The position numbers were made by a program, and so were the translations under genes. Positions 47,201 through 60,100 of a DNA stretch of 64,000 nucleotides are shown here, one piece after another (position 1 is the stretch's first letter; the number at the start of each line of letters is the position of its first letter). Source of the stretch: Schmidtea nova (Eukaryota); contig CM097883.1 in NCBI GenBank assembly GCA_044892505.1, positions 232,376,001-232,440,000 of the forward strand, written 5' to 3'. Below the pieces are notes generated by a model that saw only the letters and a program-made list of their open reading frames with translations, was not told the origin of the DNA and did not search any database.

Positions 47201-47720
47201 GTTCAATAACGGAATTATTCGGAATACTAAAACTCAGTACATCACCGTAACATCCGAAACAGATAGCTTAGTTGAAAGGTTCAAGGGAACATTAATCAAT
47301 ATAATATCATCTTACGTAAATAGAAAGCAAACCGATTGGGATCTATTCATTAAACCATGTTTATTCGCATATCGAAATGCAGTAAATAAAAGTACTGGTG
47401 AAACACCTTTCTATCTTATGTATTTACGACGGAATAATATGCCAATAGATTTAAATTTCAAGCACCTATATTGCAATACATGGATGTATCTAACTATAAA
47501 GTTGTTATGCAAGAAAGATTACAGTTAGTATGGGTTCAAGCCGGACTCAAAATAAAACAACAACAAGAAAGTTATAAAGAGTGTTACGACAAAAGAGCAC
47601 ATGCTCATGGTATTGAAGTAGGAAATTTAGTATATGTAAACAAACCAGAGCCAGCAAAGTTTTTATAACTAAAGCTACAAAGACTATTTAAAGGACCATA
47701 TTTCGTGTGTGATACAACTG
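44255..47720 (+). pseudogene. Element 2 pol: protease C-half, RT, RNase H, integrase (decayed; AT-rich insert at ~46765-47020)
   Basis: QDCLDVIGKLEAKL..LVGMDIM; FVDHRKLN; KTAF; FGLTRAPATFQR; YIDD; TDASNFALGAVL; YASRTL; H...GH...CQSC; MDIVGPLP; LVERF. Confidence 0.92.
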
Positions 47721-47849
47721 AAACTAATTTAAAACTACGGCCACAAAATAATAAAAAGGCCGGAACAATTATCATTCATGCTAATATATGCAAAAATGTG
47801 CCAGCTATGGATGACAATAAATATCAGCTAAGATCAAAAAAGAAAAAGT

Positions 47850-49059
47850 CGCAAGAATAAACGATAATCAAGCAAAGAGGTTCAAAAAACTCCGCATCAT
47901 TGGGATATTTCAATAAAGTATTACTGATTGCGACAGTAAAGATAATGCAATAAAAAGAGTTTCACTTTTAGAAAAATTGGATATATTGAAACATGTACCC
48001 AAATTGTATGGGTCTACCATTGTGAACCGAGGGACGAAATAAAAATAAATTATTTATTAAATTATTTTGATTCACCAATAAAGTTGAATTTTAACAACAG
48101 TATGTATGTTGCGTATGATTTAAAAATGAATTACAAATATCCCTGGTTTATAACCCAAACAGCAATATCAAGAAAATAATACAAAAATACAACATCAGAT
48201 TGAAATTGAAATTTGGACAAAAATATTAAATAGTAAAATATCAATAGAACCATTAATAAAAGGTGTCAATGTATATTGGGAACCCCATGAATCTCAACAA
48301 GTGAAAATTATCTTTCAAAAGTACACAATTGATACGCTAAATCTCGAGAAACCTTATGTACATTATGTTAATTTAGAATTGCACAAAACATATAATATCG
48401 TCATTCATTATTACGAAAAAGCATTACGAGAAAATGGTACTGATATTAATAATCAATGGTTCAAGATTTATTCCAGTCAACAATCTGTGACATTGATGAA
48501 TGAAGCAAATCGAGTCATCTTTGAATATAAAAATCAGAAATTAAACGCATACCGACAAGCGGAAGTTAATAAAAAGTCGAAATTCATTACTGTGGGAAAA
48601 TTCAGGCAATATTAACAAGTAACATTTCACATCAAATTTTAAATTTTCAAAGATTAAGATCTATATCGAATTCATAATTTGTTATGATGAAAAAATCAAA
48701 TACTATCGCCTAAATTTTCATTCCAAACAATGGCAGATCACTCTTGTCGAAAACAAAGTTGTCCGAGTTTCATATAACATTACCGATATTGATGATTCAA
48801 AAAACAATTATCTATATAAAAATATGACTAAAGAATTTCAAACGACAATCATTCCTTATATCTATGATGTGACAATTCTAAGAAACGCATCATCTTCAAC
48901 TAATGACAGTGCAAAAACATGTATCATTTTATCAACTATTATTATTAATGCAACACCATTTATCATTGTTATTCTTCTCTCGCTACTGATTTGCTTTCAA
49001 AGAATAAACAATCGGACACAAAGACCGTGGATTGTCTACGAGGAGACGTTTGTATAGTG
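47850..49059 (+). pseudogene. Decayed second membrane-protein ORF downstream of integrase
   Basis: ORF pieces 48301-48615 and 48824-49057 with NGT/NAS sequons and C-terminal TM CIILSTIIINATPFIIVILLSLLICF; followed by purine tract GAGGAGACG and TGTATAG (possible 3' LTR start at 49051). Confidence 0.5.
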
Positions 49060-51513
49060 AAAAATTTAATTTATCATGCAATTATAATAATATATTAGTA
49101 CTGTAATAGTATGAACTTTTTTAATCCATATTTATGTGATTTATTGAAAAATTTGCGCTTTCGATCGGAAACGGATTTGATTGGTTGAATAAAAATAGAT
49201 TTGAGAATATAAGGGAATCCCTAAATTATTAAATTAGAATAAAATTCAAAATTTAAATAGGTAATTAATTTTGTTAATATTTATTATTTATACCGTTATC
49301 AGCCAGGATAGAATCATTAGGGTACTCCACCTTGGCGATAACGTCAAATTTTAAAATAAAACAAAATTTTAAATTATAAATATTTCATTGATAGAACAAA
49401 TTCAATGGATCCCAGACATTTATGAAGCCTACCTCAAATTACATCGAAATCACATGTGGCAAGGTCATTTTAAATTGAAGACAAAGCCGCCTTATCCAAT
49501 AGGTACCGTGCCTATGGCCTACGAACTTTAAGGGGGCCTACGAAGAAAAAATAAAATACATACATATATACAAAGAAAAACAAAATTATTTTAGTTAAAA
49601 AAAATTATTTAAATTCAAATATAAAAAACGAAAATAAATAATTTCAAATATAAAAACAGAACTGAAAAATTTTAAATAATAATTTATTTTCGCCATTTTT
49701 CTTTGGCAAAATCTTCAATAATGTCGTCAAAATTCATATCACGAGTAAGATTACTCTCAATGCAAAGAACAGCCAATGATGAGAGGCGATCTTGATTCAT
49801 AGTTGAACGAATATAATTTTTTACATCCTTCAATTGGAAAATGATCGTTCTCCTTCTGCATTTGCTCCAATAATAGAGAGATAAATTCGAAATGCAATAT
49901 TTACATTTGGAAAACTTGTCTGTAATTTGTCTTGAATTTGTGATTTTATTAAATCTGCTACAGATTTCTTATCTTTATACATTGAAGAAAATATTATAAA
50001 CTCATCTACAAATTTTTCTTCCAAATCTGATGAATATGTGTTGACTAAATCTTTAGCTTTACATCTAGCTTCTTCGTTGGATAAAGATTTATCTCCAATA
50101 AAACTGAAGGTATTGTATAATGTATTGTATGCTCCTCGTCATTATTTCATTTCAGTTCATAGCCTATCTACAATAGGGTAAAAAGAATGTATTCGAAACG
50201 TATCCCTAGCAGACAATTCTGAATCTTCTTCTGTTACTTCATCGAAAAATTGTTTTCCGCCTTCGTTGCACACAATCCTTGTAATCAACATTTGTCATTT
50301 CTTTAGCACTTTTTTCAAAATCATTAAATTTGTTCCGAATATCTGACAAGAACGTTAGAAGACCATCATATAATTTCACAATCGTACAGAATTCAATTCC
50401 CGGCTCTTGTACTGCTTTATTTACTTTATCAATATTATTTAACAGATTTGCCCAAATAACAGTCATTAATGCCGTTTCTAAATTGTTCAGTTTTTTTAAC
50501 AAACATTTTGCTTCGTGAACTGTTGTTGGTGGTTGTCGATCACATTCTGAAATATTAGTTAGTGCTGCTCGTATTTGATTAAAATTTTTACTTAACGCAT
50601 TAGTAGCTTCGTAACGTGAAGACCATTTTGTTTGTGATAAGCTTTTAACAGAGTGGACATTTCCAGTCACATTCAATTTTAATTTTGCCCATCTTTCCGG
50701 TGACGCTGAGAAAAATGTAAATAGAGATTGTAAAAACCCGAAAAAGCTTACTGCAGCAAAACAACTTTCTGCTGACTTTACCACTACCAAATTGAGGCTA
50801 TGTGCGGCACATATTGCCAAAGGGTTTATTTCCCTAAATCTCGCTTGGACTCCGGAATATATTTCGCTCATATTACTTGCATTATCGTACGATTGTGATC
50901 TACAGTTGAGAATATCTATGCCATGATCAGCAAGCACTAGTTATATAACATCAAAAAGATATTTTCGATCATGCTGTTCGATAGGAATGAACATTAAGAA
51001 TCTCTCGACCACTTGTCCGTCTTTTAACACATAGCGAATAATTACAGTAAGCTGATCTGTGTGACTCATATCAGGAGTAGAATCAATGCTAATACCATAA
51101 TATTTGGCTTCCTTAATTTCAGAAGCGATTTGCTTTAAAACTTTTGATCCCAATAATTTGATAAAATTTTCATAGATGTTGGCAGAAAGGTAAGAAACGT
51201 TTCCTCTACCTCTATTTCCGTGTTTTCGAATGTGTTCTTTAAGAAATGGATCGAACTCAGACAAAAGGTCGATGCATCCAAGAAAATTTCCATTTTGAGA
51301 ATTATTATGCAGTTGATTATCTCCACGAAAGCCAATCCCTTTTCTGCAAGGAGCTTCACTACCGCAACTACTCTTTTTAACAAATTAATCCAGTATTTAG
51401 TGACATGTTCCTTTTCATTTTCCAGCTGTTTATCAATTCTAGAGGATTTTTGACATATGAGCATTGCAGATAAAGCAGCGAAATGGTCCTTTGATTTTTC
51501 ATGTGAAGGTATT

Positions 51514-52874
51514 GGTCGCGCCCGCTTATTAAAATATTTAAAAATTAATTAAATTAAAATAAAAATAATTAATTGGGTGCTTGATTGCTGTGAGAGATTG
51601 TGGAGCGAGCCTGAAGCCGTTAGACGGTCTTATCGAAATCTATATAAATCTTATATAATACTAATTTATATTACTAAATATATTCTGATTATGCTAAAAT
51701 GAAATCCTTTGAATCTCAAAATATTATATGGCATTACAGTCCATTAGAATCGACAGAAGAGAAATCAATTCACGATAATATTAATTTAAATAGACAAAGT
51801 CTAGAGAAAGGTCTACGAAATAGACAAAATCAATATGTTTTGGTTGACAGGGGAATATTAAGAAATCCTGGTGTTGAACCTTACAATTCTAATAATGCCA
51901 ATAATAATTGCGATGGAAAAGACATGCCGGTAAAATATGATAAGGCAAATTACATCGCGTCTGTGTGCGCGACAGAAATGCTGGTGTTGTGGTCGGGTGC
52001 GCACACAGACGCGAGTTGTTCAATTTTGATTTTATCTGGGTTTTTTCTTGTGGTGATTGAAAGTTGGATTTGAAAAGGATTTTGGAAATTTTCGAATTTA
52101 TAAAACTTTTAGAATATTGATTTTGTTTATCTGAATTTGTGAATTATTTTTTGGGCGAACTTTGAATTTAATAATGTCTGATTGTGATTTGGCTTTTTAG
52201 CTTTTTAATTGGAAGTTTTTGGTATTTGGAATTTAAAAGTGGCTTTTGAGTTTCGTTTTCGTCAACTAATTGGGATGAAAGATGTTTCGAATTTGGAATT
52301 GTAATTTTGTGGAATAAAATAGAATCTTCGTGACTTGGAATTGTTGATTTGAATTTTAAATATGAATAGTGAAATGTCTTTGGGCTCGTTTGTTTTCGAT
52401 CGTGTTATGACAATTTTTTCACCCGAAGGCAGATTATTTCAGGTCGACTATGCATTTTAAGCGATTGCGTTGGATGGATTACTTTCTGTTGGTGTTCAAG
52501 GTTGCGTTAGGACCGAAATGATTTCTGATTGCGGATCGCAAGTATGCTGTGCACAAATGGAAGCTGCACGATTTAAATGCGAAATGTCCTGTGACATGAC
52601 TTGTCGAAGTATTGCCGATATTAATCAATTGTATTTTCAATCAGCTGCAAGGATGTCATTAGGCTGTTCAATGATCGCATTTTCTTATGATAAGGAGATG
52701 GATAAGCCACTGTTATTCAAAACCGATCCCAGTGGATTTGTAGCTGGTCGTCGAGCTGTTGCGGTCGGTGGAAAACAGTTGGAAGCTAAAAGCTATGAGG
52801 AAAAGAAGCTTCGTAAAAATTCAGAATTTTCAAAAAGCGATGAGGAAAGCAATCGGAGCTGGTCGCGGTGAACC
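51514..52874. mobile_element. 1361-bp insertion with 7-bp target duplication AGGTATT carrying a PSMA6 fragment
   Basis: AGGTATT at 51507-13 and 52875-81; removal restores hAT sequence IRIPSHEKSKDH. Confidence 0.8.
52374..52871 (+). pseudogene. PSMA6: Proteasome subunit alpha-6 pseudogene fragment (internal deletion, truncated)
   Basis: FDRVMTIFSPEGRLFQVDYAF*; CRSIADINQLYFQSAARMSLGCSMI; LFKTDPSGFVAGRRAVAVGGKQLEAKSYEEKKLRK. Confidence 0.85.
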
Positions 52875-55656
52875 AGGTATTCTTATATTTGCATTTTTCC
52901 AATTGTCGAAGCCAAATTGAAATTGATTACATAGTTCATTAGGTACTTTTTTGAATAGCATAGACACATAACAATAAACCTTTCCAGTATATTCAGAAAA
53001 TATTAACCAGTCTCTTTTAACTATCTCTCCGTTAGCTAGTGTTCTAAAAAATTCTTTTCGTCCATACCTATTTTTCTGACCAAATCTTCTGCTGATGCTT
53101 TAAGGCTACTTTCTAACTTGTTAGATGGAATACGTTTGGCAAAATAATGAATAAGATCTACATTGATTTTCCATTTATCGGGATCATTGCTGTAACTTGA
53201 ATGCGATCCAAAAGTTTCACCACATTTTGATGTATAAGTAGCTGAAATAGATTCATTCTTATTCTGACTTGTATCTTCAACTGTCTCTAATGCTAATGAT
53301 TCTGATTCAAGATTTGTAATATTAATCTGATTACACTCAATTTCTTTTTGATTTTGATTTTTTTCCTGTTCAATACTTAGTGACATATCATTGATCTCCG
53401 TTATTTGAGTGCTGGCCTGTCGTTCTGAAATAGTAACGAATTTAAGTAAAGAACCTCTGATTTCGCTTAGTGCCTTTTCTTTTTCTTCTTTGCGTTTTCA
53501 TTTTATATTTCCAGATTCGTGGCGTCTATATCCATCAGACATTTTTGTATCACTATTATTTAATACAATTAAATCACAATAAATGCCTATGAAAACAGAA
53601 AATTAATAAAAATTATAATATTATAAGAAAACACCGATATTTGTCAACAGCAAATCGATACTAAATACATATTATAAAATTGAACCTTGAATGATGAAAG
53701 TTTGGAAATTCGCACGCTGAGATCTGTTTGAATAATGCACATAGTTATTAATATTCATAAAATAACACAAATTATGCAAACTTAAATATAACGGCGCTTT
53801 GTGCAATCAACTATTCCAAGACAATTAAAAATTCAAATTACAATGTTGAAAATCCAAATTACACTGTTCAGAAAATAATTTTGGTGTACTAATTTGTTTT
53901 TCATTATATATATTGTAATGTGTCTAAGGCCTACGAAAGGTTTGAGACGGCTCTGATTGAAGACAAGACAAAAATCCCAAATTATCTAAGGATAGATGAC
54001 AGGAGAATGAAAACGAGGATCATTCGAATAAACAGAAAAGCAGGAATAAAGCTGATGGAGGATGGAAAAGCTAGAAATGAAGAGGAATTCACATTGCATG
54101 TAGTGAAAGGAAAGTGGAAATGGTAGACGAAAATCAGCAAATATGGAGGGAGCTGCACCAAAAATCATCATGGAGAATGCGAGAAGAAGCATTAAAAAGA
54201 AGTTGAGAGCAGCAAACAAGATTTAGAAACGGCAGTAAAGCAGTTCCACAAATAGAGTAGGAACTACCAACAGATCCAACATTATTGCCGATATCAGAAA
54301 ACATGCTAAAGAGAAGGTTATCGTTTATCAGAAAGGAATTAAACCAGGAGGAAATAAGGAACATAATATTATTCATCAACGCAGAATTTGACTAACTCTG
54401 AAAGAAATATTAGAAGATTCAATATTGCCGTCAGCAAAAGCCAATTATAGCCCAATCAACTCGAGTGATAAGAGTAACTATATAAACTCAGATAGAATGC
54501 TAAAAGTTGCCAGTTGGTCAAAAAATGTTACAAGGAAAGAAAGATGTAAGGAACCAAAAACAGTGTAGTAGCATCAGTAAATTTAATCCATTCTGCGTTG
54601 GAAAAAGTGAGAGTGCAAAAGAATTGTCATTAACAAGTGTAAAGTTCTGTGCTAATACAATTTATTGTGTTTGGTGTTTTATTAGTTTTTAAATAAAGAG
54701 CGCGAGAAGTCAGGCGTTAATACCGACTTGTGAAAAAAGACCCAACAAATACATATAAATAAATCAATCAATTTTAAAAATACCAGTTAAAATATTTGTA
54801 TTAATTTCTTTTCAATTTTTAAATTTTTTTATATAGATTTACTATTTTTAATAATTAGATTTAAATCTTTCAATAGTAAGAATTACATTAAAATTTAACT
54901 TGAACAATTTTAGATTCAATAATTTAAAACTGATCAAAATCATTATTGACTTTGAATTTAGATTAAGCAAAAAAGGAATTTATTGTTATTAATAATAAAA
55001 GATTTAAATGAGAAAAAATAATATCCTGTTGATTTGTGGTGGAGCAATTGAATTTTCCGGTTTTTAAATGAAACCGAAAATTAAATTAAATTTCATTGAA
55101 TTCAATCAATGAAGACAATGAAAAGTTTTTTTAATTTTTTTGTTTATATATTTTAGTATATAATCAACTGTTATTTCTGGAATTGTAAATAATCATATCA
55201 AATTTCAGTTAAATTTATGTTTTTGAAAATGAATTCAGTATACATTATTTTCATACAGTAGTAACTGAAAGTTAGATATATTTAACCTTTGGATGGAATA
55301 TAAATAGTGATGTTGCTATGATTTCCGGTGAGCAGAAGTAAGCTTTCAAAAATGCGCCCCTATTATTAAGACATACGCATCCGATAAAATAAAAATATTC
55401 AATTTTACTACACCGTGTTTCATTCAATCGGGTCACCTGTAATAATCAAAATACTTATACTAAAATTTGTATAATGTCCATTTATTATGTCGTAGGAAAA
55501 GATATAGAAAAAGAAGTAATCACACGAAAACACAAAACACGAAAAAACAAATGTAAATGTGGTAATACAATTAATATATAAATAAATATAATATTTATAT
55601 TATTATCAATAATTCTCATAATGATGACTAGATAAAAATTTTTTTTATAAACAATA

Positions 55657-55689
55657 ACACAATATTTCGGCACAGCCTTTATCAAGTGT
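55657..55689 (-). ncRNA. Minimal type I hammerhead ribozyme-like motif (U3-A8 variant) downstream of the Penelope ORF
   Basis: ACAC-UUGAUAA-A-GGC UGU GCC-GAA-AUAU-U-GUGU, sense to the PLE, about 100 nt after its stop. Confidence 0.65.
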
Positions 55690-55784
55690 GTATTTCAATC
55701 GTTATATTAACTTAATCCTAAATAGTAACCTTAATTATTTTTTTAATATTTTATAATGATTTTATTGGATGAAAAAAATTTATT

Positions 55785-56768
55785 TTAATTTTTTTGTGCG
55801 AATTGAATGTTGATGGATGGCTTGTATTTTTTTATGTAAAAAGTCTCGGAAGCTAATCTTTGTAATGAATTTTTGAATCCCTCTTGTAGAATCTGGCATT
55901 TTGTTTCTTCTATAGATGGAGTTGTTTTATGTACTTTCTCCCAGTGTTCGTAATAATTACTGGTTTTGTTTTTAGTGTGTTCGTTAAGTCGGGTGCGAAA
56001 AGTTCTATGTGTTTCTCCTATGTAAGTAGCGTCACATTTTTGACAAGAAAGTTTATATACTATATTTTTGGAAAAGCAAAAGCATCGGGTTGTGGAACGG
56101 CAAAGACATTTATGTTTGGAGATGTTGGAAATTGGTGGCTTTCGGAGTTGTGATTTTAACGGTGCGGAGGTTATGAACGTTGGACGGATGTGGATAGGCA
56201 AATCTGTTTGATTAAAAATGTTGGTGATTTTGTTGGCTGTAGTGTCATTTAGGAAAAGTAATCTTAGATATGTTGTGTGTTTGTTATTGTTATTGTGTTT
56301 CTGGGGTTTCCTATTGTTGCGTTTATTGTGGTATGATTCGTTGAGGAAGTATTTCTTTACAAAGTCTTCAGGGTATCCATTTTGGAGGAATCGTATTTTG
56401 AAGTTTTCTAATGTTTCTTGTATTTTGTTTGCGTCTGAACAGTTTCTTATGGCTCTTTTTCTTTCTCCTATTAGTAATGCGATTTTGCGTTGAAGTGGAA
56501 CGTAGCTTTTCCATGGGAGGATATGACCACTATGTAAACTTTTAGAATATAACTCGGTGCTTGCATTTAGTGTATCTTGGCCTTTTGTGAAACTTACCAT
56601 GGTATCTAAAAACGGTATTTTACCTTCTGTGTTCGGTGTTTCAAAAGTGAATTGTATGTTGGTGTTAGTAGAATTTGCGTGTGATAGAATTTGCGTTTGT
56701 ATGCGTGAATGCCTTCTGAGCTCGATATCTTGTATACTCGAAATTATTATTTCAATAGTCGATAACAA
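55785..56768 (-). CDS. Penelope-like element, 5'-truncated: RT thumb plus GIY-YIG endonuclease
   Basis: IQFTFE...IPFLDTMV; LQNGYP; CFSKNIVYKLSCQKCDATYIGETHRTFRTRLNEH. Confidence 0.9.
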   Translation of the reverse strand: MLSTIEIIISSIQDIELRRHSRIQTQILSHANSTNTNIQFTFETPNTEGKIPFLDTMVSFTKGQDTLNASTELYSKSLHSGHILPWKSYVPLQRKIALLIGERKRAIRNCSDANKIQETLENFKIRFLQNGYPEDFVKKYFLNESYHNKRNNRKPQKHNNNNKHTTYLRLLFLNDTTANKITNIFNQTDLPIHIRPTFITSAPLKSQLRKPPISNISKHKCLCRSTTRCFCFSKNIVYKLSCQKCDATYIGETHRTFRTRLNEHTKNKTSNYYEHWEKVHKTTPSIEETKCQILQEGFKNSLQRLASETFYIKKYKPSINIQFAQKN

Positions 56769-57371
56769 CTATGAAATTCTTCTTACACAAAGATTTTATG
56801 GCTGATTCTACTGAGGAAAACCTTAGTTTATATAGTTATTTTTTGTGGTCCTTGACTTCAAGTGGTAAGGATCATCAAACGTCAATACCAATTGTTTTTT
56901 GTAAACAATTTTTCTATTTTTAAAAGTTCAAACAACAATTACTATTTTTAGAGTCATCTTTTTTCCCAGCATCCCTGAGGTTAAAACGGTATTAATTTAT
57001 ATCTGGTTGATACCTATACATCATTTATACTATTTATTTTCTAATAATTTGTTTATATCTGTCTGTTTCTTTACTATTTATTTTTTTGTTTTAATTGATA
57101 TAATTTTTTTTAATAATCTTAACGTTACATGCTTTTGGTAATGCATCTATAAAATTTGAATGAAATCCGATGTAAAATTATTTCCAACAATATTATTGAT
57201 ATCATCCAATGCATTAATAGAGTGAAGTAAATCTCTAATGTCATGTATCGAAAGATGAAGGATTGTTCATATATTTTACGAATTCTTTTAAGGTACTAAT
57301 TTATGTTTTTTATTGAATGTATCGAATTTTGCAAAAGGATTGTATGAGATATTAATATTTAAAGAGAATAA

Positions 57372-60100
57372 TTAAAAGAATTGATTTTTACTTGTAATTC
57401 TGGTTTGTGTAACAGAGAATATTTGGTTATTATTAAAACAATCTAAGTACGACTGATGCTTTATGCCAATACCCTCTAATATTACCCCCTTAGCTTTTTT
57501 AGTTTCGTCATCACCTAAACAACTATAACATTTAAGTCTAAGAAACACCCACTCTTCGTACTTCAGCCTTTTATTCTCGTTTTTGAACTTCCCAGTGACA
57601 CAATCAAGTATTCTACTGTATAAAGGATGATTCGGATCATAATTAGAAGTGTCAAGTAAGTTATCTCTTATCATGGCCGGTAAAAGAATATCAAGCTTAC
57701 AATCTCTAATCTCAAGAAAAAACGAATTGATGTCACCAACTACGATGTTGATTCCGCAGTTGAATTCGTTACGATATTTTCGTAACTCTTCATACTGCAG
57801 CAGGTACATTCTAAGTTTAGATAGATCCTGTACACTTTGACCAATGTAGCTAGGTCTATCCAAACACACCTATTCCTTATTCAGTAAGACAGCAACCAAA
57901 TCATCGTCAATTTTGAAAGTCCTTTTAAAAGTTGGCTTAGAAGTATATGTAATCAGCCTAGAAGCCGAATTACATAATCCGAATTACATAAGCCAAATTA
58001 AATAATCTTAAATTTATGCGCTTTTTTAGTTTTACCGTACAGACTGTTAATAATTAATTTATAATAATTTTTACCCAGAGCATTACTTGATTCTGCTCTA
58101 AGTCTGGTATTGGTATCGATGTGGTCCTTAGAAATACATGATTGTTTATATTAATTTGCCCTATGAACATGAATTATTTTTACTCCAAGAGAAAGAAAAG
58201 GTTTGAGAAGTCTCCAATGAAGAACTTAGTGTGAGCATCAACTTCTCAACCTTTGAGCCAGGTGTACATATATTTTCAGCGGCAACTGAAAAATCATTCA
58301 GCTTGTCGTGAATCGAATCAGGAATTTCTAAATCGATTTCTAATGTAAACCGAAATGTTAATACTTCTAATTCAGCAGATTCACAGTAATAAATTATTTT
58401 ATTTAATTTTTCCCTATCAGTTACCCATTTAAATTCTTTATAAAGTAGTTTTTGGCTTAAAGCCTACCCATATAAATTATTCATATCTATAAAAGAAGCT
58501 CAATGTCGTTGGATGATTCTACATGGTGTTTATTAACAAATCTTAATCCACCACGAATCCCCCTTTCGAAAAGATTATACATCTCCATATCTTGAAGCAA
58601 TTCAATAGGAGATTTCAAAGTCATCAAAGCGGAATTCCATGACATGTCTGGAATTCCCAAGAAATTAAGAGGCTCAAGTTGGTTAAGTGCAATGGATTTT
58701 GGCCTAAATTCCTGAAAAGAATCGGCAAGTAAAAAACATCCGATATCAGGCATAACATCATATAATCAAACAATGTTTCACAATTAAATTCAACCTATAA
58801 ATGTTGAGCTTTTTCATACTCGTCGGTTGTAACTCCCTCCCAAATTGGTAGCAATTCGTATGTATTTTGTAAAGCTTCTAAAGAATTTGCAAAATTATAT
58901 GAGAATACGCCTTTTGAAGTAATAATAGTCCCTATAAATTTGAATTAAGTAAGAGGAAAATCTGTTAAAATCTTTACAGCATCGTTTAAGCTGCAGCTTA
59001 CAAATTGGCAAGAATCGATAAATTTTATAGTTACACTATCGTCGCTTGCATATAAAGTCAAAAGCTTTTCACTTGTAGTAGGAATACAACTTATATATTA
59101 TTTATCGAATTTATTTAAACCATATTTGAGGATGTGATGTAAATCATATCCGCGTAAATTATGAAATATGACTGGCATGATGAATCTTATTTGTCGAGAA
59201 AAATTGCATCTAGAGCAAGCCACATTAAAGTATTTACCTGTATAATGGTCATGATCTTTAACTGGATTTTTTAAAGATTTATTACACAAATAACAATTTG
59301 TAGAACTACGAAATGATTCGGTTTGTGCAGGGGAAAGATATTCCATTTTCCTTTTGGAATTATTTATAAAGTAAGATAAAACTACTTTTTTCTCCTATAT
59401 CATTGATTTCGTTCAAAATCTCTTCTGTACAGTTAAGACCATAAAAGCTTTTGTATGATTTTTCGCCAATAAAGTTATTAATAAGCAACAAGCCAGCAGA
59501 AATAGGCAAGGGACGATGAAAATACTTATCGTCCTTGGGTAAAGCAGCCTCAAAATCGGCATATACAGCGAAAGAAGGGGTAACAATTTTTTTTTACCAA
59601 TCTTTACATTCCAAGTTCTTATCTGATGGTAAAGTTTATAAAGTTGTACCTAACTGGTTTTTTGTGCATAAAGCTTGATGTTTCTCAAATGTTTCAGTCA
59701 ATCGTAAACTGTTCAAGAAACGCTCGCACCAAGTGCACCTTATTTGAATATCAGTAACAGAAAGAGTGTCACAATTTAAAAGTCTATTAAGATTGGTAAC
59801 TCCTATATAATGAAAATAGTCACTTTCCTCTAACAAAATCAAATTAATTTAAGTGCCACCTACAACCTTTGACCTATGAATATTATCTACAAATGAATGT
59901 TTCATTACTATTATTTACTATTATGTTTCATTGATATTATTTAGATCATATTCGTCATATGAAAGGATATTTAGAGACAGGTCGGGGTTTTTTGCTTCAA
60001 ATTTGTGAATATTACTTAATTTCAATGGAAGATCAGAAGGATCAAAAACAAGGTCTGAAATATCATAATTATAAAACTTACTTCTATTAGATGTCACCTC
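57372..60100 (-). pseudogene. Polinton-type PolB remnant 3 (longest), with N-terminal endonuclease VII-like segment
   Basis: CYLC..VKDHDHYTGKY...CSRCN; FHNLRGYDLH; ERGIRGG; GDINSF; GKFKNE; KAKGV; N-terminal IHKFEAKNPDLSLNI. Confidence 0.88.

Larger units (their letters stand above)
32171..49059 (+). mobile_element. Element 2: decayed relative of element 1 in gag-Ubl-Bcl2-like-env-pro-RT-RH-IN order plus a downstream membrane ORF; carries nested insertions
   Basis: See the sub-features. Its LTRs could not be paired. Confidence 0.8.
49481..53800 (-). mobile_element. Degenerate hAT transposon interrupted at 51514-52874
   Basis: GFDNWKNA..HEKSKDH; ISIDSTPDMSHTDQL; SQSYDNASNM; CAAHSLNL; SQTKWSSR; ANAEGERSFS. 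Imperfect ends caaagc. Confidence 0.88.

Noticed and set aside
53919-54470. A-rich coding-like fragment (possible tyrosine recombinase or Gag linker)
   Set aside because: No diagnostic motif survives; left unassigned.
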